IMG/VR virus record: IMGVR_UViG_3300042868_010462
Coordinates: 83,875 to 147,874 of that record
Source of the DNA: a virus
Length of the DNA: 64,000 bases
Direction: 5' to 3' (one strand)
The notes under the pieces are model-generated. The model searched no databases. It saw nothing but the letters and a program-made list of their open reading frames with translations, and had not been told where the DNA came from. Shown piece by piece: positions 50,540-61,817 of the stretch (the stretch's first letter is position 1; the number at the start of each line of letters is the position of its first letter). A program made the position numbers and the translations under genes.

Positions 50540-53000
50540 TAGGGACATTTTTCCAATTTTCAGAATTTTTTCCATAAATATTTTTTCACCCATATACTTT
50601 GTTTAGGGGATTGTCCCCCCTTTTTACGAAAAATACGACAAATATAGGGAGGGGGGATACGGAGGAGGGGGGTATATACCCATACCACCCCCCATATAGG
50701 CCACCAACCCCACCCATACCATTTCAAACAATCAAATAAAATAGATAGCCCCTCCTATGTCAAATGAAACCCTATGACAATATGACATAGGTAATGCTCT
50801 CGTATATGATGGGGATATGAACATAGTTATCCACTGACAAGATGACAATGTGGATAACAATAATAAAATAAAGATGGGGGAATGTTTGGTAATGCCGGCA
50901 CCATATATTACCTTTGTTGTTCACACTTAAATCAAGAACCAATATGAAGAAGACATTATTATTAATGTTGGTTGGGGGTTCATTGTATTCTCAGGGAATA
51001 GATTGTTCGAGTATGTTCAACCCCACCAATAAGACCATTCAATTAATTGACTCACTTAATATGAGTGAGATGACCTATCGTGTACAGGTTGTATCATCAT
51101 CCTATGTAGACAGGAATAAGTTTGGTAAGTATTTGAGGACGCATAGATGTGAGGTGGACTATTGTTTATTACCGAGTGGTAGGGAAGTATATAGATATAC
51201 CATATCCCCAACCATTGTTAATAGTTATACTGAGGCATTGAAGTTGATGGAGGTATTGAATAGGACTTATGATAATCCGTTTGTGGTAATGTATCGCAAG
51301 GGGAAAAGAATTAATTAGAAATGTTTTGTAGTGTGGGGATGGTTTATTATCTTTGTTGTATCACAAACACCACCACTATGATTGAAAACATTGTAAAGAA
51401 ACTTATGAAGGGAAAGACATTTACTTGTCAGGGATATGGATTGACCATTACTTACAAGGTGAATGTTAATGTGAAGATTGATAGTAGACATTGGAAGGGA
51501 GAGTATAAGTATATTGATTTGAACATCAAGGTGATTGAATGTGTTAGAAGTGGTTATGGTCGTAATATTACCTTATTTAAGAATGGTAGGGGTAATAGGA
51601 GTGACTATAGAGATGTACAGGATATTGTTAGACAAGATATGAATAAGTGGGTGTCCCCAATCTTCTCTACACATTTTTATAGAAACTATTACACATTAAT
51701 TACGCATCTTACTGAGATTAGAATAAACCGTTATACATATAGTTAATATGATTTACTTAATAGTAATACCGACCATCCTCGTTTTAATATGGTGGTTTAT
51801 CTTTTATCTTGGGGAGAAAGTTTCCAAGAGATATCCCACCTCTTTGTTTGCCAAGTTTTGGAATAACTACATTTGTATGGGTATTCCTGATAACGAGGAT
51901 ATGTAATCTTTTAGTTTGGCAAGAGAATCAGTTCTTATCTCCATTTGGAGCTTGGTTAAATCCCCCTCGTTGAGTGGGGATTTTTCATTTATATAATCTA
52001 TGATTTCGAACATATATACTTGTGTCAGCAGATAGACAGGTTCAGTTTGGTATTTGGACCTTTGTTCCCATTCTTTATAATTACATCCCCCTACTATTGT
52101 CATTGTATCTTCTTGTATTGTGTATATAACATGATACTCCTTGTCTACTTGTTCTATTATGGTGGGGATATTGGATAGATAATTGTTCATAACTTTGTTT
52201 ATAAAATGTACCTGACGCTATGTCAGTGGATAAGTTTATGTGTTAAAATTGTTAAAAAATTTGAAAATGTCATTATGTCAGGTGGAGGGGACAATCCCTT
52301 TGAAGGGTTTTATGGTAATTAATTCCCACCTTTTCCCACAACTTACCACTGATAAATACATTCCAGCGTATTAAAAACCCACTTTTTTGTGTCTGGCGGT
52401 ATCTGTAGAGGTATTTTTTTTACTATATACATTTCCCAGATAAAAATGTTAGTTATATATTTGAGTCGGGTGGGACATGTAATGTCTTAGGAATAGTATT
52501 AATATATGTTATAAAATGAATACTTCAACCCCCATCTTTGATGGAATTAATCGTATCTTTAAGTATCAAATCGTATCATATTTTGATGGATTACCATAAC
52601 AATCCTTTCATAAACCCCTTATATAATTTACCAATATATTTCCTGGAATGATATGGAATATCTATTATGAAATACCATAGTAAATTACTATCTTAGAGGA
52701 CATTTCCCCACTTACCATATGTAGAGTCGAAGACATATAGAAAAGTGTTGTATGGGGGAATTGTGTGGGTTATATAATGGATTACCATAATGGTGGGGAT
52801 TATATGTAAATGAATATAGTATTGGTAAAATATGGTCTTTTAGATGGGGGATTATATGTGAATGAATATAATGTAGTATTAATATATGAACGAGGGGAAT
52901 GACATTCATAACGGAGTGGTTTGACCCCGACCGTAGGGATGGGGGAAAAATGAATGGAAATGGAGGTGAGTGAGTATATTAATATTACATTATGGTATTT
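50540..53000. other. candidate replication origin / divergence region
   Basis: Gene-strand and G/C skew switch, long non-coding tracts, DnaA-box-like 9-mers. Confidence 0.5.
50944..51746 (+). other. two hypothetical genes each with a TAnnTTTG promoter
   Basis: ORFs 50944-51318 and 51378-51746; promoters 50909-50916 and 51348-51355. Confidence 0.65.
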
Positions 53001-53022
53001 ATGTAGATAATATAATTTGAAT

Positions 53023-53475
53023 ATGAAACTAATAATAACTGAAGAACAATATAGATTACTGATTGAGAATGAAGATGGTAAGAATCTTATTGATTTAACA
53101 TCATTTGAGAATTTGAAACCATCAGCTTTGGATGATATGTTTTTACATATTAATAAAAAGAAGGGTGGGAAGTATGATGGATATTATATTGATGGGGATT
53201 TGGATTTATATGAAAGAGAGGCCGATGTTACCACTTTGGATTATTTGGTTAAGGTTGGTGGTAATCTTTATTTGGCAAATACAAAAATAGAATCTTTACC
53301 AAGATTGACTGAGGTTGGTGGTTTTTTGAATATAACAAAAACCAAAATAAAATCATTACCAAAGTTATCATCGGTTGGGGGTTATTTGGCTTTACTTTTT
53401 ACTCCCCTCTCTAAGAAGATTAGTAAAGAAGAATTGGAGAAACAAATAAATGTTGGAAGAGAAATATATCTATGA
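53023..53475 (+). CDS. LRR-like repeat protein with MKLIITEEQ leader
   Basis: L..VGG.L.L..T.I.SLP repeats. Confidence 0.8.
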   Translation: MKLIITEEQYRLLIENEDGKNLIDLTSFENLKPSALDDMFLHINKKKGGKYDGYYIDGDLDLYEREADVTTLDYLVKVGGNLYLANTKIESLPRLTEVGGFLNITKTKIKSLPKLSSVGGYLALLFTPLSKKISKEELEKQINVGREIYL

Positions 53476-54065
53476 AACTAATAATAACTGAAGAACAATA
53501 TAGATTAATCATTGAGAATGAAAATGGTGGTAAGTTATTTACTATACCAACTGAATTAATAAAGGATGAAGAAGGTATTGATAAACTATTCACATTATAT
53601 CATAAAACTAAATCTAAAAAAGGTTGGGTTGGTATAAAGATTTTGGGTGACTTGAACTTGAGAATAATGAACTTTGACGATACTTTTCACTTATTTAGTT
53701 TATTACCTGAAATTGTTTATGTTAAGGGAAATATTTTATTACCTGAATATGATTTTGATTTCGATTTTAATAAATTGGAATATGTTGGTGGTAGTTTTAG
53801 AGGTCATTTGACAGGTGAAGTGTTATTACCAAAATTAAAAAAGGTTATGGGGTTTTTATCGTTATCTGTTAGTAATCTTACATCATTACCCGAACTAGAA
53901 TATGTTGGAGGTGGTTTGAATTTGAGGCAAACACAGATAAGTGAATTACCAAAATTAAAATATGTTGGTGAGGCAATGAGCTTGATGGGGACACCCTTTG
54001 CTAAGAAAACAAATAGAGAGGAACTAAGAAATAAAATACAAGTAGGAGGAAATATATTATTATGA
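53472..54065 (+). CDS. LRR-like repeat protein (paralog)
   Basis: Same leader and repeat. Confidence 0.8.
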   Translation: MKLIITEEQYRLIIENENGGKLFTIPTELIKDEEGIDKLFTLYHKTKSKKGWVGIKILGDLNLRIMNFDDTFHLFSLLPEIVYVKGNILLPEYDFDFDFNKLEYVGGSFRGHLTGEVLLPKLKKVMGFLSLSVSNLTSLPELEYVGGGLNLRQTQISELPKLKYVGEAMSLMGTPFAKKTNREELRNKIQVGGNILL

Positions 54066-54712
54066 AACTAATAATAACTGAAGAACAATTAAGATTGATT
54101 ATTGAAAGTGAGGGTGATGGTAAATTATTTAATGTGCCTAATGCTTTTTTACAAACAATAGGTGGTGTAACTAAGACCTTAAATCTTTATAACAAATTAA
54201 AAGATGTTAAAGGATTTGATGGAATTAAGGTTATTGGTAAATTGGATTATTATGAGATTGACGCTGATGATAATGATGACTTGGATAATTTCACCAATGA
54301 GGTTGTTTATATTGATGGAACTTTAATTTTGGCTGAAGAAAATCCTGATAATAATTTCGGTAAATTGAAAGTTATTGATGGTAATTTGAGAGGTTCTGAG
54401 GTTGATAATATTTCATTCCCCAATTTGGAATATGTAACTGGTGATGTTAGTTTGGAAGATAGTGGTATTAGTGAATTACCGAAACTGAAAGAGGTTGATG
54501 GTTGTTTATATTTACAAAGAACAGGTATTCATTCATTACCAGAATTGAAATCTGTTGGATTACATTTGAATCTTTATAACACAATTATTAAGGATTTACC
54601 TAAGTTAGAAATTGTTCAGGGTGTATTGACATTGAGACATACACCTTTAGCTGATAAAAAAAATGAAGAGAAACTAAGAAAAATACAAGTAGGAGGACAT
54701 CTTAATTTATGA
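54062..54712 (+). CDS. LRR-like repeat protein (paralog)
   Basis: Same leader and repeat. Confidence 0.8.
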   Translation: MKLIITEEQLRLIIESEGDGKLFNVPNAFLQTIGGVTKTLNLYNKLKDVKGFDGIKVIGKLDYYEIDADDNDDLDNFTNEVVYIDGTLILAEENPDNNFGKLKVIDGNLRGSEVDNISFPNLEYVTGDVSLEDSGISELPKLKEVDGCLYLQRTGIHSLPELKSVGLHLNLYNTIIKDLPKLEIVQGVLTLRHTPLADKKNEEKLRKIQVGGHLNL

Positions 54713-55281
54713 AAATAATAATAACAGAAGAACAATATAGATTATTGATTGAGGGTGAGGGTAGATTACTTCCTGTACCTGAAGATATGTGGAATCAAGA
54801 TGGTGGTATTACAAAGATTTATAGTTTATTTGACAAGACCAAGGACACTAAGAATTGGGTTGGTATAAAGGTAATTGGTGATTTGAGTTTAACATATGAG
54901 GATGACGAACATCTTAAAGATTTCTGTGAATACTTAGTTGAGGTTACAGGTGATTTTGAAATGTCAAACAGAAAAAGATTTGAATTTCCTTTATTAATTA
55001 AAGTTGATGGTGATGTTAATATTGCGAACTCGGATATTGATTTTCCAAAATTGAGATATGTTGGGGGTGATTTTAGAGGAAGAGGAAGTGATACTGAGGA
55101 ACTACCTGAATTGGAATATGTTGGTGGGTCATTATCATTAAGAGAAACTTTTATTCAGGATTTGCCAAAATTGAAATATGTTGGTGATGTATTGAATATT
55201 ATGGATTCATCCCTCTCTAAGAAAACTACTGAGAAAGAATTAAGAAGTAAAATAAATGTTGAAGGAAACATATGGTTATGA
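54709..55281 (+). CDS. LRR-like repeat protein (paralog)
   Basis: Same leader and repeat. Confidence 0.8.
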   Translation: MKIIITEEQYRLLIEGEGRLLPVPEDMWNQDGGITKIYSLFDKTKDTKNWVGIKVIGDLSLTYEDDEHLKDFCEYLVEVTGDFEMSNRKRFEFPLLIKVDGDVNIANSDIDFPKLRYVGGDFRGRGSDTEELPELEYVGGSLSLRETFIQDLPKLKYVGDVLNIMDSSLSKKTTEKELRSKINVEGNIWL

Positions 55282-56004
55282 AGTTAATAATTACAGAATC
55301 TCAATATAAGGAACTTAATAAGATTGATGATATCTATGATGGTTTAGACCCATATTATCGTAGGAGGATTGATTATATTGATATAAAGGACGATATTGAT
55401 ATGAGGATTGGATTTAGGCAAGTTTTTCCTTCTCAAAGGGAAGCTTTGCACGGGCGTATGAATGTTCTTAAGAAAAGTCCTCGTGGTATTGATGGACATA
55501 TCGATGATATAATTCATAATGTTGTTTGGAGTACAATACCTGATGAGTGGGGTGGAAGTGAAGATGAAAGATTATTTGATTATGTTAATGAAATGACAGA
55601 TAGAGTTAAAAAGAAATATCGTGGTTATATAATGGGTAAATTACTTAAAATGCTTGAAGATGAGGATAATAATTAATGAATCTCAATATGACGAACTAAA
55701 TAAGATTGATGATGTCTATGATGGATTGAAACCTTATTTTAGGAGGAGAATTAAATATATTAATATTCCTGAGGCAATTGATAGGGTAATTAAAAATATT
55801 GACAGATTTTATGATAAGACCGCGACATTTCATTATTTAGTTACAAGGGTTATTAGTAATGTCGTATGGGAAACTATACCTGATGAAATGGGTGCAAATA
55901 CTAATATGGAATTATTTGAATATCACGATACAATGGCCGCCAACATAATGGACAAGTATGGTGAATACATTAAAAGATTGGTTAGAAAAAGAATGGATAA
56001 ATGA
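55278..56004 (+). other. tandem paralog pair of leader-bearing proteins
   Basis: 55278-55676 and 55660-56004 share ELNKIDD.YDGL.PY.RRRI and NVVW.TIPDE. Confidence 0.75.
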
Positions 56005-56576
56005 AGGTAATAATAACTGAAGAACAATTTGATAAGTTCACAACTAAGATTAGACAACTAATTGACAACCAAGGTTTTATTGAGGCGAGTGAAATGATGG
56101 GTATCAATAAATTGAAGCTTGCTGAAATGAGTAATCTTCCTATAAAAGGTGATATCAGAGATTCAAGATTTACTGATGATAATGAAATTGTTGCAAGTGA
56201 TTTGTTGTCTGATTTGGTAAAGAAAGATGACAAATATAAAACTTGTAATCTTGAATATTTTATTGATGGAGTATTATTGTGGGAATGTAGATTTAAGGAT
56301 GAGGAAAATTATTATTATGTTGGTGTTGATGCAACACCATATTGGGCGGGTTATGAGAAAACACAAGTATCTATAACAAATATTCATATAGCACCAATTG
56401 ATTCACCTGAGGACAAAGAAGAATATGTAATAAACATATATGATGAAGAGTTTGATTGTCCTAAATCATTTGAAAATGTGAGTGAATTTGTTGATTGGTT
56501 TGAGAATGAATATAAACCAAAAACATATAATTACATTAAAACTTTACTTGATAGATTTAAAAAAGAACAATTATGA
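56001..56576 (+). CDS. leader-bearing hypothetical protein (paralog of 57346)
   Basis: Shared NKLKLAE.S.LPIKGD, ATPYW.G, FDCPKSFEN. Confidence 0.8.
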   Translation: MKVIITEEQFDKFTTKIRQLIDNQGFIEASEMMGINKLKLAEMSNLPIKGDIRDSRFTDDNEIVASDLLSDLVKKDDKYKTCNLEYFIDGVLLWECRFKDEENYYYVGVDATPYWAGYEKTQVSITNIHIAPIDSPEDKEEYVINIYDEEFDCPKSFENVSEFVDWFENEYKPKTYNYIKTLLDRFKKEQL

Positions 56577-57346
56577 AAATAATAATAACTGAAGAACAAC
56601 ATAGATTGATTAAAGAATCAAAAGGAAAATTGGCCAAGATTAGTTTGAAATCTTTACCTGGTGATTCTAATGAAGAGAGATATCTTAACTTTATGAAACT
56701 ATATAAGAAGGCCAAGGAAGCTAAAGGTTTCACTGGTATTCATATCATTGATGATTTGAACTTGAGCACGGCATTTATTAAATCATTGGGTGAGATTAAG
56801 AAAATTGATGGTGATTTATATTTAAGATTTTCATTTGTTGAAGACCTTGGTGATTTGGAATATGTTGGTGGTAATGTGTATTTGAAAGGGTCTGACCATT
56901 TAAAATCTCTTGGTAATCTTAGAGAAGTTGGTGGTGAATTGTCTATTGAAGATTGTGTTGAATTGGAAGATTTGGGTCAATTGGAAACTGTTAAAACCAT
57001 TAAAGGATTGGAGACCACAAAGGTTACAAGTTTGGGTAATCTTAAAGAAATTGGTTATCTTTGGGGAGGTAATGATGTAGATATTACCGAAAATATTAAA
57101 TCATTGGGTGAGTTGAGAAAGGTTGAAAAGTATCTTGATTTAAGTAAAAGTAAAATTGAAACTTTGGGTAACTTGGAATATGTTGGTGATTGGTTAGATT
57201 TAACCGATTCTCGAGTAGAAGATTTGGGTAATTTGAAGTTTGTTGGTTCTAGTATGAGTATATGGAGAACTCCATTATCTAATAAATATGACCCCAATGA
57301 AATCGAAGAAATGGTTGATATTCAAGGGGTATTAAATTACGACTAA
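56573..57346 (+). CDS. LRR-like repeat protein
   Basis: LG.LEYVGG.L.L repeats; MKIIITEEQ leader. Confidence 0.8.
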   Translation: MKIIITEEQHRLIKESKGKLAKISLKSLPGDSNEERYLNFMKLYKKAKEAKGFTGIHIIDDLNLSTAFIKSLGEIKKIDGDLYLRFSFVEDLGDLEYVGGNVYLKGSDHLKSLGNLREVGGELSIEDCVELEDLGQLETVKTIKGLETTKVTSLGNLKEIGYLWGGNDVDITENIKSLGELRKVEKYLDLSKSKIETLGNLEYVGDWLDLTDSRVEDLGNLKFVGSSMSIWRTPLSNKYDPNEIEEMVDIQGVLNYD

Positions 57347-57912
57347 TGAAAATAGTAATTACAGAAAATCAAATGGATAAGTTTGCCCAAAAATTAAGAA
57401 TGGGTATTGAAAAACATGGGTTCACTGATACTGCCAGAATGACAGGTATGAATAAGTTGAAATTAGCTGAACTTAGTGGATTACCAATCAAAGGAGATAC
57501 ATTCCATAGTGAAAACGAAATTGTTGTTGGTGATTTACTTAGAGATTTGGTTAATCAAAATAGAGAATACAAAACTTGTGAATTACATTATTCTGGATTA
57601 GAGGGTATAGTTGAATGGAATTGTAGGTTTAAGGATGATGAAAACTATTATAGATTAACTATTGCTGCTACACCATATTGGGATGGTAATAATACACCTA
57701 TTGATATGTTTAATGTTGAAGTAACTCCAATTTACTCACCTGAGGATAAAAAAGAGTTTGAAACTATTAATGATTATTTACACGAATTCGATTGTCCTAA
57801 ATCATTTGAAAATGCTAATGAATTGATGGATTGGTTTAGGGAAATCTATATTCCAAAAACATATGATATTATTGTAAAAAGTTTAGAGGATTTTAAGGAG
57901 AGGGAATTGTAA
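57346..57912 (+). CDS. leader-bearing hypothetical protein (paralog of 56001)
   Basis: See 56001. Confidence 0.8.
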   Translation: MKIVITENQMDKFAQKLRMGIEKHGFTDTARMTGMNKLKLAELSGLPIKGDTFHSENEIVVGDLLRDLVNQNREYKTCELHYSGLEGIVEWNCRFKDDENYYRLTIAATPYWDGNNTPIDMFNVEVTPIYSPEDKKEFETINDYLHEFDCPKSFENANELMDWFREIYIPKTYDIIVKSLEDFKEREL

Positions 57913-58404
57913 CTATCTCAAATTATGATTTATATCTAAATCTATTTTCATTGGTGTAAATGGTACAACAATATCATAAATAATATCATCTATTTCACTT
58001 TGTATTTCCCACCAAAAATCTTTTTCCCACAAATCAGAGTCCCATAAGTCATATGTTTCACCATCAATTAAAATTAGTGTAACTTCACCCTTTAATATTT
58101 TTACATATACAGCCCAAGTATCATTCATTCCCCAATCAATATCTGTAATCATAAAATTAAAATCATATCCACCAGTTTTAATTTCAAAATCTTTTATTGA
58201 GAACTCTTTATCAATGAAGAAATCTTTGGCCAAATCAATTGGTGTGGTGTCAAGTGTTTTGGCAACATTATTAACACCAAATAATTTGATAGATTCGATT
58301 AATCCTTTTTTTTCAATTAGATTAATCATTTTATCTTTGGGTGATATTGATTCATTTACCCCCATCATTTCTTGTATTCTATTTAATTGTTCTTGTAGGT
58401 TCAT
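57913..58404 (-). CDS. hypothetical protein with MNLQEQLNRIQEMMG leader
   Basis: ORF track. Confidence 0.75.
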   Translation of the reverse strand: MNLQEQLNRIQEMMGVNESISPKDKMINLIEKKGLIESIKLFGVNNVAKTLDTTPIDLAKDFFIDKEFSIKDFEIKTGGYDFNFMITDIDWGMNDTWAVYVKILKGEVTLILIDGETYDLWDSDLWEKDFWWEIQSEIDDIIYDIVVPFTPMKIDLDINHNLR

Positions 58405-58778
58405 TTTACAATTGCAGGTATTTTATCAACATTTAACAAATTTAATAGGTTTGCTCTATGATTTCCATCTTTTAAATGATAAGTATCATCAGGTAATTTA
58501 ATTAATAATACTGGGTCAGATTTAACATATTTGTATATTGATTCAATAATTTCTGGCATTTCTCTTAATTTGAGTATCAAATCTTTAAATGAATTAAAAT
58601 TGGGTAAGTCAAAATTTTCTTCATTTGATATATGCTTTAATAAACTAACCATTGATTCAGGAGTAAATCCTTGTGTCCCTACTGAACCATTTGGTCTTCT
58701 GAGTTCATCAGTTGGAATTAATTTATAATCAATCCCCATCATTTCTTGTATTCTATTTAATTGTTCTTGTAAGTTCAT
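58401..58778 (-). CDS. ParB/Srx-like domain protein with MNLQEQLNRIQEMMG leader
   Basis: PVLL...YHLKDGNHRA. Confidence 0.7.
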   Translation of the reverse strand: MNLQEQLNRIQEMMGIDYKLIPTDELRRPNGSVGTQGFTPESMVSLLKHISNEENFDLPNFNSFKDLILKLREMPEIIESIYKYVKSDPVLLIKLPDDTYHLKDGNHRANLLNLLNVDKIPAIVK

Positions 58779-58779
58779 A

Positions 58780-59727
58780 TTACCATTGTCTATTATGTAT
58801 GTTGATTGAGTCAATAACATCTATTTTAACATTACCATATTTTTTCAATTCGTGTTTCAGCTCATATATAAATTGATTTTCGTCAATATATCTAAGATAT
58901 GAGTATTTTATTACAATTTGAATTGTGTTGTCACTCGTAATATCTACAACTTTTGCTTCTACTAATGCTTCTAAAAAATCACAAGTATCTATGGATATGT
59001 TCCTATCATCTATACTATCTAATTCACAGTCCTTTTTCATACCATCTATAGATTTATCAATTAGTTTTTGGAATGCTAATAGTTTTCTGTTTGAATCTTC
59101 TTTTAATGATTTCACGCCTTCGCCATCATCTGACCACATTTCTTTCTTTCCAAGTATTTCTATTGATTTGAAATCTTTACAAGCAATATTAATCAATCCT
59201 TCTTCGTGTGTTACAAAACCATTAAAACCTTTTGACTCTATGAAATCTAAAAACTTATCTGTTTCCAAGATTGCCCAAGAATCATTGAACTTGGTTAAAA
59301 AATAATATAATAATCCCACCATATCATCTTCATCTCCACCAGCATCAATATAATATTCCATTACTTCATTTATGCTATCCACACCAGTTTTTTCCCATTC
59401 ATTTAGAAAGTAACTTAGGTTGTCTTCAAACAATTCTAATACTTCATCTTTATAATCTTCCAAGGTATATTTTATACCATAATCATTAATATGTTTGAAG
59501 GTGTTGAATATTTTGTTGGGGTCAAATTGTAATTTAACTTTATATGTATATTTCCTGTCGATAAATGTGTTTGGTTCATTACTGAAGAAAAGATAGTTAG
59601 TTCTCTTGTCTTTATTGATTTGGGTGTTAAATGAATTGATATCATAATCTGAGTTGTGATAAAAAATACCACCACCTGATTCAGTTTGTTCCCTCAATAT
59701 TCTTCTTATTGTTTGTTTTAGGTTCAT
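58780..59727 (-). CDS. leader-bearing protein, possible ADP-ribosyltransferase-like N-domain
   Basis: FYH.S...F...LFFS...Y.YKVKL; GFNG...E. Confidence 0.5.
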   Translation of the reverse strand: MNLKQTIRRILREQTESGGGIFYHNSDYDINSFNTQINKDKRTNYLFFSNEPNTFIDRKYTYKVKLQFDPNKIFNTFKHINDYGIKYTLEDYKDEVLELFEDNLSYFLNEWEKTGVDSINEVMEYYIDAGGDEDDMVGLLYYFLTKFNDSWAILETDKFLDFIESKGFNGFVTHEEGLINIACKDFKSIEILGKKEMWSDDGEGVKSLKEDSNRKLLAFQKLIDKSIDGMKKDCELDSIDDRNISIDTCDFLEALVEAKVVDITSDNTIQIVIKYSYLRYIDENQFIYELKHELKKYGNVKIDVIDSINIHNRQW

Positions 59728-60417
59728 TTCTTTGTCTTTTTTGATTCATAATACCAAGAAGTATCGTTATAAGAATCTAAGGTAGAAACACCCATAGATA
59801 TACCACCTTTGAAAAAATCTTGTACTAAATCTCTAATTGTTTTTTGTATTTCTCTTCTTTTATTATGGACTTCATCAGCTTCATTCTCAGTAAAAGGTCT
59901 TTTGAATAAAACTGAAATCCTACAAACTTTTCCATAATCAGTGTCATAAATATCAACAACAACACCATAATAATTGTCGTTTTTGATTGTTTCAGGTAAA
60001 TCTGTTTCCACTTGTTTTGATATATACCTTTCCATTTTGGTTCTTTCACCAATATCAGTATATTCTTCCCTCAATATTCTTTTTATGGTTTGTTGTATAT
60101 TATTCATTACAGGTTCTTACATATTTTGATTTCATAACTATTGTTTGGTTGGTAAAATCGTAAACCAAATCCCAAGCTTCGTTCATTATTGAATCGTGTT
60201 TTTCTTTGGCATAAAACGATACTTTACCTCTATGAACGATGAATGTAAATGTTACTTCATAACTTTCTCCATCAACAGATTGTACAACCTCAACACCACA
60301 TAAAATATCTTTATTATGTTTAACTAATAGTTTATTTAACAGATTTTCAAGGATTGGTGATAAATCCTTTTGAGTTTCTTCCCTCAATATTCTTCTTATG
60401 GTTTGTTCTAATTTCAT
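59724..60417 (-). other. two small proteins with QTI.RILREE leader
   Basis: ORFs 59724-60107 and 60100-60417. Confidence 0.7.
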
Positions 60418-61817
60418 TTCTTTGTCTTTTTAACGCAATTAGGATATCTTTTACCAAACATTGTTTTCATTCCTTTTTGAGTATAATCAGGCCAACATTT
60501 TTCTGTTAATTCACCCTCTCTGATTTCCCCTTGTTTTCCCATATGACTGAATACTTTTCTAATATTTTTAGGAAGTGAATTGATTGGTATTATCTTTGCT
60601 TTGATTGTTTCTAACCCTTTTCTTATTGCTTTTTGTGCTCTGTGGTGACCATCTATGATTGATATAAATGAACCATCGTCTTCAACAAATATTAGTATTG
60701 GATATTGTAAATCGGCCTTATCTATTTTTTTTATTTCATCTTCATCACCATCCCATGATAATAGTTTTGACTTTAACTTTTCTACTGGTATCTTTTTAAT
60801 TGGAATATCTTTAGTCGCGTCTAATAAATCAATAAGAGTAATTCTATCACCTTCATCATTTTCCCAAAATGTATCGTGTAAACCTTCTTTTTGTAATCTT
60901 ATTGTCTTTTGTTTTGATTTTTCTTTTTGTGTTTCGATATAATCATAAGCTCTTTTCAATCTTTTCTTTGTCTCAGGGTCTTTGGCATTTTGATAAGCAG
61001 CTCTCACCCTTTGATGAATAAGATTAATGATTTGAGATTGTCTTTTGTGAGGTTTTGATTTGAAACTTTCTTTGTTCAAGGTATCAACAATATCCTCTTT
61101 GGTTCTAAACTTAACTGAAACTGTATCTTTTGGATTTTCGTCAGTATATAACCTTCTACTAGAACCTTCAGGTTTTTTACCAGTACCAACTTTGGGGTCA
61201 GCTTCATCAATTTCTTCTCTATTATAGGGTCTAAATCGATTGGGGTTAGCTTTGATTGCTGACTTTGGAAATCTTAGACCTGCACCTTGTTGTCTTGCAT
61301 TTTTCAAGGTTCTTGCATACTCAGACATTTCTTCATCCAATTTTTCTGTATTTGTTCTGTATTGTTTATACAAGTTTTTGAAGAAACTATTGTTTTTTAA
61401 CAAATCTCCAAATTTCAAATACAATAATTTTGGTGTATCAGGTATTATCCATTCTGTTGTTTCAAAATTAACTAATTTGGAATGGAAATCATCAATTGTA
61501 ACATCAATAATAAATTCAATAACATTATCCATTGGATTATTTTTCAATCTAGGATAAAATGTACCAGGTCTTTCTCTCATCCAAGACATTGTGTCAAATA
61601 ACGAATTTTCGAATTCTTCATCAGTAAAAATTGTTTCGAAAGGATTATATTTTTCTAATAATTCTTTTTCTGTCATATGTAACATATTAGACAATCTATT
61701 GATATCATTACCAAACATTTTTAATGTGGTAACTAATCCATACTTGTCCAAAGTTTTTTGAACTTTTTCTGCATGGGATTCTTTGAGTATTCTTTTTATT
61801 ATATTTCTTATCTCCAT
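60414..61817 (-). CDS. multi-module protein with ParB-like domain
   Basis: ADLQYPILI...IIDGHHRAQKA; RRLYTDENPKDTV module; KCWPDY..KGMK...PNCVK tail. Confidence 0.75.
   Translation of the reverse strand: MEIRNIIKRILKESHAEKVQKTLDKYGLVTTLKMFGNDINRLSNMLHMTEKELLEKYNPFETIFTDEEFENSLFDTMSWMRERPGTFYPRLKNNPMDNVIEFIIDVTIDDFHSKLVNFETTEWIIPDTPKLLYLKFGDLLKNNSFFKNLYKQYRTNTEKLDEEMSEYARTLKNARQQGAGLRFPKSAIKANPNRFRPYNREEIDEADPKVGTGKKPEGSSRRLYTDENPKDTVSVKFRTKEDIVDTLNKESFKSKPHKRQSQIINLIHQRVRAAYQNAKDPETKKRLKRAYDYIETQKEKSKQKTIRLQKEGLHDTFWENDEGDRITLIDLLDATKDIPIKKIPVEKLKSKLLSWDGDEDEIKKIDKADLQYPILIFVEDDGSFISIIDGHHRAQKAIRKGLETIKAKIIPINSLPKNIRKVFSHMGKQGEIREGELTEKCWPDYTQKGMKTMFGKRYPNCVKKTKK

Noticed and set aside
53023-57346. 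Diversity-generating retroelement
   Set aside because: No reverse transcriptase and no adenine-specific TR/VR pair seen
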